Shown piece after piece: positions 1 through 8,087 of a DNA stretch of 64,000 nucleotides; the first letter of the stretch is position 1; every line of letters starts with the position of its first letter. A program made the translations under genes and the position numbers. Origin of the DNA: Gammaproteobacteria bacterium (GTDB lineage Bacteria > Pseudomonadota > Gammaproteobacteria > Pseudomonadales > Azotimanducaceae); assembly GCA_009841635.1 (NCBI GenBank), contig VXLJ01000001.1:8028-72027 (forward strand). Direction: 5' to 3'. The notes below the pieces were generated by a model. That model made no database searches. It was given only the letters and a program-made list of their open reading frames with translations, and was not told where the DNA came from.

Positions 1-1063
1 TGGTCGCATATTGCGGCACTTTCTATACGAGAATCTAAATCAGGACGAATCGAATAGACAAGTGTTTGATCTCGTGCTACCACACATCGCAGGCGGCCAA
101 CGGGGCGATTTCAACCACCGCTTCGCACAACCCGGCAGTCTGGGGATTCCGGCACTTGGCCAGCGATTTCCCTTCGCTTTACGTGATTCGCACGACATTC
201 ATTCACGAAGAACCGAGGGATTGTTGCAATCAAATTCCAATGCACCGAAGATCATTAGCACCAATACCTCTTGGGAGTACTGGCGAGGCGACGCGGCACT
301 CATTCACACGCATACCGATGGTGAAAGTGATATCGAGCCATTAGAGAACGAGCGAATCTATATGTTCGCGGGAACTCATCACATTAACGGTGTTGTGCCG
401 CCGACAAAACAGTTGATACTTACAAATGAGGAGTTGCCGTACGTTTTAAACACCATCTCGTACACGCCACTACTTCGCGCGGCCCTGATAAATGGGTTGC
501 GATGGCTCACCGATGACATCGAGCCGCCGCCATCTCGTTATCCAAATTTCTCTGACCGCACACTGGTCGATCGTGACGAGGTTTTGAATCGGTTTGCCAC
601 ATTACCTTATTTCCAAGCGCTACCCGACGCTTCGAGTTTGCCGAGTCTATGGTTTACCGATCTTGGCGACCATGCCGAAGAAGGCATTTGCGCACACCCA
701 GCCACCTTGCTAGCTTCGTACCCAAGTGGGGTATCCGCAGTAGACGAGTCATTGAACGAAGTGGCTGGCATTCGTCTGCCAGAAATCGCCGTGCCTATCG
801 GCATTCATTCTGGGTGGCATCCACGTCATGAACGCCACGGTGCAACAGATCAAGCCGTTACGTTTGCGGGATTCTCGATTTTCGACATACCTCAAGCCAT
901 CCCATCAAGTCGAGCCACATGCGAGAAAGCAGTAACGCAAGTTGCAGACCAGCTTGTTGCCGAACGCTATGTGCTCCCGGAAGATCAAACACTCGTCATC
1001 GATAACGCCATGAGGCGTTACGATGTTGCCATCGAAACCGCTACTGCCAAACCCCAAGAATGA
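1..1063 (+). CDS. hypothetical protein, 5' end probably cut by the window edge
   Basis: The reading frame is open from nt 2 to the stop at 1061-1063, so the listed start at 11 (TTG) may be internal. It gives 350 aa of ordinary composition. I cannot assign a diagnostic motif with certainty. Confidence 0.6.
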   Translation, partial: GRILRHFLYENLNQDESNRQVFDLVLPHIAGGQRGDFNHRFAQPGSLGIPALGQRFPFALRDSHDIHSRRTEGLLQSNSNAPKIISTNTSWEYWRGDAALIHTHTDGESDIEPLENERIYMFAGTHHINGVVPPTKQLILTNEELPYVLNTISYTPLLRAALINGLRWLTDDIEPPPSRYPNFSDRTLVDRDEVLNRFATLPYFQALPDASSLPSLWFTDLGDHAEEGICAHPATLLASYPSGVSAVDESLNEVAGIRLPEIAVPIGIHSGWHPRHERHGATDQAVTFAGFSIFDIPQAIPSSRATCEKAVTQVADQLVAERYVLPEDQTLVIDNAMRRYDVAIETATAKPQE

Positions 1064-1445
1064 TCCCGGTGACCACGGAATAGACGATCCGATAGCTACT
1101 TTGAATCATGACTAAATTCCAACTCCACCCGCAAAACGCTGCGTCGGATACATTCGAAGCGGCAATAAATCCTATGCCCACCGCAAGACCCAGGATCGCA
1201 CCGTCGTACCAGGTTTGAATACCCAAACATGCGATGAGCACAGCCATGACGAACGCTGTAACCAAGGTGGTGACGATGCTAATGATGAAAGGCTTGGGGC
1301 TTGGCTCAATTTCATCGGCTGTTTTGCCGAGTGCAGCTAGCCATGCCTTACCAAAAATTGGTCCATACCACGGATAGCCGATCGCAAACGACACAAGTGC
1401 CGCAACAATGATTGCAAGCCAATTTAGTTCAAGCAGCAATTCCAT
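1041..1445 (-). CDS. small integral membrane protein, DUF1761-like
   Basis: 134 aa with four hydrophobic segments. The N-terminus (LNWLAIIVAALVSFAIGYPWYGPIFGKAW) resembles the DUF1761 family. Its 3' end overlaps the convergent upstream gene by 23 nt. Confidence 0.6.
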   Translation of the reverse strand: MELLLELNWLAIIVAALVSFAIGYPWYGPIFGKAWLAALGKTADEIEPSPKPFIISIVTTLVTAFVMAVLIACLGIQTWYDGAILGLAVGIGFIAASNVSDAAFCGWSWNLVMIQSSYRIVYSVVTGIILGVWQ

Positions 1446-1597
1446 CTGACTTCTCCTAAGGGCAAGTCAATGCAATATGCCTAGTTTAGCCATATCTGCG
1501 CAAAATCTATCGACGTGCTGTCTCATGCGATTAAACTATCGAATGCGAGCACCTTTTTCTTAGTTGCCTTGCCTGTTTAGAACCCTACCATCGCCTT

Positions 1598-2479
1598 ATG
1601 CTGACCTCAGATCAGATTCAACAGTACAGCAACGAAGGCTATACCGTGGCACGGCAAGCGTTACCCTCTGAACTACTCGACGAACTGCGTCACATTACCG
1701 ACGAAATCGTTGCGTCAGCGCGGGGGTTAACCGATCACACGCCAATTCTTGATCTTGAACCATCTCATACTCCTGAAGAGCCGCGCGTTCGCCGGATAAA
1801 AACACCTCAATTAGCACATCCGTTTTACCGCGAATTAGCAGGCCACGAGTGCATCATGTCGCCGTTGCGTCCTTTAATCGGCAACGACATACGTTTACGG
1901 GCCGGTTGCAAGATCAATATAAAGTCCGCGGCGTACGGATCACCCGTGGAATGGCACCAAGATTGGGCGTTTTACCCACACACCAACGATGATGTACTCG
2001 CCGTCGGCATCTTGCTGGACGACATGGACGATTCGAACGGTCCTGTCATGTTCGTACCTGAATCGCATAAGGGGGACGTTTACGACCACCACTCTGCTGG
2101 TGCATTTTGTGGCGCGATCGATTTAGAAACGCAAGCGGTCGATGTGTCTAAAGCTATACCCATATACGGCAAAGCTGGCGATATGACGATCCACCACGCT
2201 CGCCTTGTGCATGGCTCAACGGTGAATCGGTCGAATAAATCGCGACGAATCTTGTTCTATGAATATACAGCGGCCGATGCGTGGCCTCTGGCTGGCGTCG
2301 AACATCTCGATGATGTCGATGGTTTCAATTCGCGCATCGTCAGCGGCAAGCCAACGTTACGCCCGCGCTTGGCAGATGTGCCGGTAAAAGTGCCATTACC
2401 TCGCGCACCGCATCAAGGCTCGATTTACGAGAATCAACGCACATTAGGTCATAGATATTTCGAGCAAGCCGCCGATTGA
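1598..2479 (+). CDS. phytanoyl-CoA dioxygenase (PhyH) family Fe(II)/2-oxoglutarate oxygenase
   Basis: 293 aa. N-terminal Q..Y..EGY motif, WHQDW metal-ligand region, and a later HHARLVHGS region with R..(F/L)FYEY, all typical of PhyH proteins. Confidence 0.8.
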   Translation: MLTSDQIQQYSNEGYTVARQALPSELLDELRHITDEIVASARGLTDHTPILDLEPSHTPEEPRVRRIKTPQLAHPFYRELAGHECIMSPLRPLIGNDIRLRAGCKINIKSAAYGSPVEWHQDWAFYPHTNDDVLAVGILLDDMDDSNGPVMFVPESHKGDVYDHHSAGAFCGAIDLETQAVDVSKAIPIYGKAGDMTIHHARLVHGSTVNRSNKSRRILFYEYTAADAWPLAGVEHLDDVDGFNSRIVSGKPTLRPRLADVPVKVPLPRAPHQGSIYENQRTLGHRYFEQAAD

Positions 2480-2525
2480 TGCCGCTCTAGATGCCAATCG
2501 CGTCGATTTATCGCAGGTTACCATC

Positions 2526-3197
2526 GTGATTCCAGTCGTCGATGATCGTAGGACACTCGCTAACTTGCTAGACGATTTAAACTGGGGTTGGTTCGACAAC
2601 ATCATCATCAGTTGCGGCGACGACAAGGAACTGAAATGCAATGCTCTGAACAAAGTCACCCAGATTCGCTCGCCGCGCGGCCGAGGTGGGCAAATTGCAG
2701 CCGCGATAGATTTGGTGAAGACCGAGTGGATTTGGATTTTGCATGCGGATGTTCATGTGCCAAGAAAGGCGATCGGCGAATTGCGTTCATTGATAGGGAA
2801 GGCGCAATGGGGTGCTTTCCGAGTCGTCATAGATGAGGATGTGTTTGTCTATAAAAAGCTGTTTATGGTGATCGCTTTCTTGATGAATCTGCGCTCGAGG
2901 ATCACTTCGATATTCACCGGTGATCAAGGCATGTTCCTCCGCCGTGAGCTCCTCGAAAAAATCGATGGCTTTCCAAGAATTCCATTGATGGAAGACATCG
3001 AAAGTAGTCGCAGGCTTAAGCGACTGTGTCGCGGCAAACGGGCTTATTCAGCGATTTTCGTGTCGAACCGAAAATGGCGTGAACAAGGGATATTGCTGAC
3101 CATATTGCGAATGTGGTGGTATCGAGTGGAGTATTTCTTCGGCACTAGCCCTGAAAGACTTGCCGCGAGCTACTACAAGAATGAGTGGCAGGATTGA
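2526..3197 (+). CDS. family 2 glycosyltransferase (TIGR04283-like)
   Basis: 223 aa with a GTG start. It has an IPVVDD N-terminus, a GRGGQ motif and a GDQGMF motif. It overlaps or abuts the following DUF2064 gene, which is the usual pairing for this family. Confidence 0.65.
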   Translation: MIPVVDDRRTLANLLDDLNWGWFDNIIISCGDDKELKCNALNKVTQIRSPRGRGGQIAAAIDLVKTEWIWILHADVHVPRKAIGELRSLIGKAQWGAFRVVIDEDVFVYKKLFMVIAFLMNLRSRITSIFTGDQGMFLRRELLEKIDGFPRIPLMEDIESSRRLKRLCRGKRAYSAIFVSNRKWREQGILLTILRMWWYRVEYFFGTSPERLAASYYKNEWQD

Positions 3198-3208
3198 CCG
3201 ACAAGGTC

Positions 3209-3832
3209 ATGACTCGCACTGACGCTGCCGATCTTGCCACCCATTCGCCAGAAAGTCTTGTCGCCTTATTTACTAAGAGTCCGACGGTCTCAAATGTCAA
3301 AACGCGTCTTGCGGTTGCGATAGGCAAGTCCCGCGCTCACGCGTGCTACAGAACCTTGCTCAATCACACGATTCAATGCGTGTTGCCGTTCAATTCGGTA
3401 GTCTATGTCGACGGCGAAGTCGATGACAGGAGTTGGCTGCAGGGATTGCCGTATCAGCCACAAGTCAACGGCGACCTTGGGACTCGCATGCTCGCCTGTT
3501 TCGAAGACGGCGTAAAGGTTGTTGTGGGCGCGGACTGCCCCATCATGTCTGTCAGCTATATACAGACAGCGCTAGAAGCGTTGAGTCAAAACGATGTTGT
3601 CCTCGGCCCGACGGAGGATGGCGGTTATGTATTGATCGGCATGAACCGTCCAATCCCAGAGCTATTTCAAAATATAGCCTGGAGTACCGAGAAGGTATTG
3701 AACGAGACTATGAAAAAGGCTCGTTCACTAGACGTGCGGGTTCACCTGCTCGATCGAGTTTGGGACGTCGACACGGTTGAGGAGTATCGACGTTGGCTCA
3801 GTTCCGACAATCTGAACCCACCAAACCCATGA
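3209..3832 (+). CDS. DUF2064 / TIGR04282-like nucleotidyl- or glycosyl-transferase
   Basis: N-terminal LFTKSPTVSNVKTRL matches the DUF2064 K.P..G.VKTRL signature, followed by GPTEDGGYVLIG. I prefer the ATG at 3209. A GTG at 3185 would overlap the GT2 stop. Confidence 0.65.
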   Translation: MTRTDAADLATHSPESLVALFTKSPTVSNVKTRLAVAIGKSRAHACYRTLLNHTIQCVLPFNSVVYVDGEVDDRSWLQGLPYQPQVNGDLGTRMLACFEDGVKVVVGADCPIMSVSYIQTALEALSQNDVVLGPTEDGGYVLIGMNRPIPELFQNIAWSTEKVLNETMKKARSLDVRVHLLDRVWDVDTVEEYRRWLSSDNLNPPNP

Positions 3833-3940
3833 AAACCTCTCATCGGTTGCGATTCGCCAATTCGCCTTCGGCGTAAAGCCGCAGCAGAAATGCCAGTGTT
3901 GAGTGAGCAAATATGGTGAAAACATCAAATAAGCCGCGAT

Positions 3941-4072
3941 GAAATTACTGGGATTCTTTCGCGATATAACCTGCCTAAACTCAAGGCAAGCGTATTGAAA
4001 GAGGCTCGTCCGCTAGACTTGCAGGTTCACCCGTTCAATCGTCATTGCGACACCGACACCGTCGACGAATAA
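3941..4072 (+). pseudogene. relic, diverged copy of the 3' end of the upstream DUF2064 gene
   Basis: 4003-4069 aligns without gaps to 3718-3784, with 50 of 67 nt identical by hand count. Its translation KEARPLDLQVHPFNRHCDTDTVDE* parallels KKARSLDVRVHLLDRVWDVDTVEE. Same frame modulo 3. It is closed upstream by a TGA at 3917-3919 and has no start codon. Confidence 0.55.
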
Positions 4073-4113
4073 CAACTATGGCTCAACTAAGAAAAACTGA
4101 ACGCACTCCCACC

Positions 4114-5310
4114 ATGGATGTTTCATTTCGATTTCTTGTATTGCTAGCAATATTTTTCTCTGCGCTAGGCAGCCTTGCGAGTGAACAAAAACTACCTTAT
4201 TTACTTGTCGACACCCATATCGATGCCCCGATACGTGCCTATTACAACGACATGAACGTATTGGATGGCACCAATGCTGGGGAATTCGATCTGCCACGCG
4301 CCCAACAAGGCGGCTTAAGCACAGTGTTTATGTCTATCTACACACCACCTTCTGCGAAAGACGACGGCACTAGCAACTCACTGGCCCATGAGCTAATTGA
4401 TTGGGTCGAAGCAACAGCGTCAAGCTCAGACTCTATAGGCATTGCAACATGCACTACGGATGTACGAAAACTGCATGCTGCCGGTACGCTTGGATTTGCG
4501 CTGGGGATGGAAAACGGTAGCCCCCTAGAAGGCGACGTGAGCAAGTTAGGTAGCTTCGTAGATCGCGGTATTCGCTATATCACGCTAGCACATGGCAAGT
4601 CAAACGAGTTTTCTGATTCGAGCTACGACGAAAACGAACCACATGGCGGTCTATCTGATGCAGGCCGTGAGTTAGTCAGCGCGATGAACGCACACGGCAT
4701 CATCATCGACATTTCTCACCTTACAGACGACGCAACGTGGCAAGTTCTGGAACTAAGCGAAAACCCCGTACTTGCGACACATTCGTCATTGCGCCATTTC
4801 ATTCCTGATTTTCATCGCAACCTACCCGACGAGCTAGTCGTTGCAGTCGGCGAAAATGGTGGCGTGGTAAATATCAACTTCGGAAGTTCGTTTGTCTCAA
4901 ACGAAGCGCGACTATGGCAAACGAAACGCAGTGAAGCAATGGCCGCGCGAGCCGATGCCGAGGAGATGACACGGGACGAACGTATAGCGTTCTATGCGGA
5001 GTATCAAGATCAAAATCCATTTCCCTTCGCGACGGTCGCGACGGTCGTCGATCACATAGACAGAGTTGTCGAGTTAACCAGCGTTGACCACGTAGGTATC
5101 GGCTCTGACTATGACGGCGTCGGCGACACTCTACCGGTGGGTCTTAAAGATGTTTCTATGTTCCCTAATCTGATTGCCGAATTGCAGGAGCGAGGCTACG
5201 ATGACACCGAGCTACGCAAGATTCTGGGCGAGAACGTCATGCGCGTATGGAAGGCCAACGAAGTGATTGCTGCAATGCATGGCAATCCAACCACCTGCAC
5301 GCAGACGTAG
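4114..5310 (+). CDS. membrane dipeptidase, peptidase family M19
   Basis: Motifs DTHIDAP, ATHSS and GIGSDYDG. The start is set at the ATG at 4114, which yields a signal peptide (MDVSFRFLVLLAIFFSALGSLAS). The ORF-track extension from 4045 runs through the relic fragment and is Arg/His-rich. Confidence 0.85.
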   Translation: MDVSFRFLVLLAIFFSALGSLASEQKLPYLLVDTHIDAPIRAYYNDMNVLDGTNAGEFDLPRAQQGGLSTVFMSIYTPPSAKDDGTSNSLAHELIDWVEATASSSDSIGIATCTTDVRKLHAAGTLGFALGMENGSPLEGDVSKLGSFVDRGIRYITLAHGKSNEFSDSSYDENEPHGGLSDAGRELVSAMNAHGIIIDISHLTDDATWQVLELSENPVLATHSSLRHFIPDFHRNLPDELVVAVGENGGVVNINFGSSFVSNEARLWQTKRSEAMAARADAEEMTRDERIAFYAEYQDQNPFPFATVATVVDHIDRVVELTSVDHVGIGSDYDGVGDTLPVGLKDVSMFPNLIAELQERGYDDTELRKILGENVMRVWKANEVIAAMHGNPTTCTQT

Positions 5311-5334
5311 CGCATAATCGAACTATTCGTAAGT

Positions 5335-6771
5335 TCAGAACTGACCACGGCGTTGTTCTAACTCGACACGGACCCCACGCACTCGAGCTTCGCTAAGGCT
5401 ATAAAACCAAATGAGCCCGATTGCAAGCAACGACGTGAGCGTTGGCACGACGACATCGAAAACTCGCAGTAAATAGAGGGTATGTTCAGATTGAGCAGAC
5501 CCAAGCTCCACGTCGAATCCTGTGGCATTCAATAGCAAACCACCCATGGCAATCGCCAGTGCCATGCCTAATTTGACGACCCACCAAAACACGGAGCCGT
5601 ACATGCCTTCGCGGCGTTTACCCGTCTTCAGTTCGTCCAAATCACAAACATCCGCAATCATTGAACCCATAAGCGTGAAAAGGGAACCAAGACCAAACGC
5701 GATGAGTGGCGCGGATACGAGAATCAGATATGGAAATTCGACCGAATACAGAAACCATTTCGATGCATAGCCAAGTGTGGATATGCCAATGCAAATGAAA
5801 AATGCATTGCGCTTGCCAACGATTGGCGTCAGAAATGTAGTGATTGCAATGACCGCAAAGGTGCCCACCGCGGTAACCGTGCCGAGGATGCCCAACAACG
5901 GTGCTGCCGCTGAGCTATCGCCCCCATACAAGTAAAAAATGATGACGTAACTTTGAAATGCTGCAATCAGCTGAAAACCGTTGAACACCAAAAATGTTGC
6001 GCCGCCGAGCAGCAAGAAATCGCGATTGGCGATCGTCGTTACGAATCCTTCAATAAACTGCTTGATTTCATGCCACGCACGGGCCACGAGGTCCACATCC
6101 TTGAGCGATGCTTTGGGGTAATCCGCAAATCGCTCCCGCAGAATCAATGCAGGCACCAATCCGGTGACCACGCAACCTATCGCTATTAGTACCGATAAAA
6201 CTGAAGCTCCGGTCGCCATATCGCCAAGCGCAGGCAACGTCATAAACCAAATGAACCACGGTGCGATCAGATATGCCGATTGACCGATAAAGTTCTGCAC
6301 GCCCATCAAACGCACACGCTCGTTGTAGTCAGGCGTTAGCTCGTAACCTAACGCGACCCACGGCGTCGCAAACACGGTATAACCCAAGTAAAACAACAAT
6401 GAAATGGCAAGGAAATAGGCGAATAGCCAGCCTTGACTCAAACCACTAGGAATTTGCCACAACAAAATGAATAGAACGCTGGCAGCAATCGCGCCGACAA
6501 AGATGAACGGCCGTCGCCTTCCCCAGCGTGTACGGGTGTTGTCCGATATGTAACCCATCAAAGGATCGGTCAGCGCATCGGTAAGCCGTGGAATGCTCCC
6601 AAGCAACGCCACCCACGCTGGATTCATGTGATACGCGAGATTCAGCACGATCATCATTCCACCGCTCGCGGCAGCGAGCATGTTGTTGGTGAGCGAACCG
6701 ATCCCATACGCCAACATATGCGTGTATGGAATCAAATCTTCTGCAGGGGTTTGCGTGCGCGATTCCTTCAT
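5335..6771 (-). CDS. glycoside-pentoside-hexuronide (GPH) family cation symporter (MFS)
   Basis: Twelve-TM-like hydrophobic profile and the GPH signature SDNTRTRWGRRRPF. The ATG at 6771 forms an ATGA overlap with the stop of the upstream hydrolase gene. Confidence 0.85.
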   Translation of the reverse strand: MKESRTQTPAEDLIPYTHMLAYGIGSLTNNMLAAASGGMMIVLNLAYHMNPAWVALLGSIPRLTDALTDPLMGYISDNTRTRWGRRRPFIFVGAIAASVLFILLWQIPSGLSQGWLFAYFLAISLLFYLGYTVFATPWVALGYELTPDYNERVRLMGVQNFIGQSAYLIAPWFIWFMTLPALGDMATGASVLSVLIAIGCVVTGLVPALILRERFADYPKASLKDVDLVARAWHEIKQFIEGFVTTIANRDFLLLGGATFLVFNGFQLIAAFQSYVIIFYLYGGDSSAAAPLLGILGTVTAVGTFAVIAITTFLTPIVGKRNAFFICIGISTLGYASKWFLYSVEFPYLILVSAPLIAFGLGSLFTLMGSMIADVCDLDELKTGKRREGMYGSVFWWVVKLGMALAIAMGGLLLNATGFDVELGSAQSEHTLYLLRVFDVVVPTLTSLLAIGLIWFYSLSEARVRGVRVELEQRRGQF

Positions 6772-8087
6772 GATTCGGGTTCGAGCACCCAAAATGGGAC
6801 GTTTGCATGTGCCGCGTGACCTGCATTGTCGTAAACGTAGACGTACACCCGGTAGGGACCTGGGGTTGCAGGACTCAAGATTTGCGCGATGGCCTGTCGA
6901 GGCTGCGCGACCGCGCCGCTCTCGTCTTCAATTGCCACCTCAAAGTCCCCGCCTTCGACAGTCTCGCGACTCTCACGCTTCACGGACCACGCATATGTCA
7001 GTGGGTCCGCATCCGGATCGGTCGCCCGTACCGACGCTTCGAAGTAGCTGTTTGGGTAGATCTTGATATTTTGACGAGCGTTCTTGCCTTCAATCTGTAC
7101 CTTTTGAATCGCTGGTGCACGATTAGCGGGCCAGTGCCCTGTCCACAATCGTTGCATGGCATCGACTGCTTCCGTACTTTCGCCGGTTTCGGTGTGCATG
7201 CTGAACCAAGTCGGCGAGCGTTCTTGTTTTTGTCCCCAGAGAAACACGTAACTGCCAATGATGTTTTTAGAGTGCTTTTGAATCACATCCTCGTAGGTGT
7301 CTAGCAAGCGCTGTGCTTTTTCGGTACTGGTTTGCTCCAACGGCGCGTCCCACGACGTGCGCGCCACCTCCCAAAATCCCAATGGTCCCCATTCAGTGAG
7401 CATCAGCGGTTGATCTTTGAACGATTGGCGAATCCATTTCGGCACCGCCGCAATGCCACCATAGGTTTGTACGCTTAGGAAATCCAAATCAGGTGCGTCT
7501 CGTCGAACCCGCGCTACGATCTCACGTTCCGCGCCAACCAAGGTGGTGGTCGTAGGGTGATGAGGATCTAGCATTCGAATGAGCTTTGAAAGTTCATTTA
7601 CCACGAGGTAGACATTCGAATCGTCGGCCATGGAGAGATTGAGCTCGTTGCCGATGATCCACGCCAGTAATGCTGGGTGGTCTTTGAATCGTTCGACTGC
7701 AGCTCGCACGCGATTCGCCAAATCAAGAAGCACCGCGCGGTCACGGTAATTGACCCCGAACCGTTCTGCAGCAATCGGCAAACACAATGACACAGTGAGT
7801 CCCGCACGGTGCGCTGCATCCAAGCGATCCTGCGCCATGTCGACCCACCAAGTACGAATCGAATTGCCGCCTCGTTCTGCAACGCTGCTTACATCCACGC
7901 CTTGGACGCCGGCGCCTTTCACGAAATAAGGCTTGCCCCCGCGATACAACACCCATCGGCCATCATCTTCTCGTATGACCTCGACTGGAATGGCACTGCT
8001 TGATTCACTGGAAGCCATCGATATGGCAGCGAAGAGCGTTACCGCAACATGGAGATAAGCGCGAACGAATCTCTCGCATTCCATCAT
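6768..8087 (-). CDS. secreted clan GH-A (TIM-barrel) glycoside hydrolase with a C-terminal Ig-like domain; family not assignable by eye
   Basis: Signal-like N-terminus. GNELN is a candidate acid/base motif and LMLTEWGP a candidate nucleophile motif. About 100 aa of beta-rich C-terminal region. ATGA overlap with the GH3 stop. Confidence 0.7.
   Translation of the reverse strand: MMECERFVRAYLHVAVTLFAAISMASSESSSAIPVEVIREDDGRWVLYRGGKPYFVKGAGVQGVDVSSVAERGGNSIRTWWVDMAQDRLDAAHRAGLTVSLCLPIAAERFGVNYRDRAVLLDLANRVRAAVERFKDHPALLAWIIGNELNLSMADDSNVYLVVNELSKLIRMLDPHHPTTTTLVGAEREIVARVRRDAPDLDFLSVQTYGGIAAVPKWIRQSFKDQPLMLTEWGPLGFWEVARTSWDAPLEQTSTEKAQRLLDTYEDVIQKHSKNIIGSYVFLWGQKQERSPTWFSMHTETGESTEAVDAMQRLWTGHWPANRAPAIQKVQIEGKNARQNIKIYPNSYFEASVRATDPDADPLTYAWSVKRESRETVEGGDFEVAIEDESGAVAQPRQAIAQILSPATPGPYRVYVYVYDNAGHAAHANVPFWVLEPES

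Noticed and set aside
6446-7304. Overlapping ORFs of 60-220 aa on the opposite strand or in other frames of long genes. Examples: 6446-6826, 6680-7066, 6807-7304, 8769-9437, 12789-13400, 27859-28374, 38581-39039, 47206-47655, 50400-50813.
   Set aside because: Each lies entirely inside a longer ORF that carries clear family motifs. Their translations are Arg/Ser/Cys/His-rich, as expected for shadow frames in DNA of about 53% GC.
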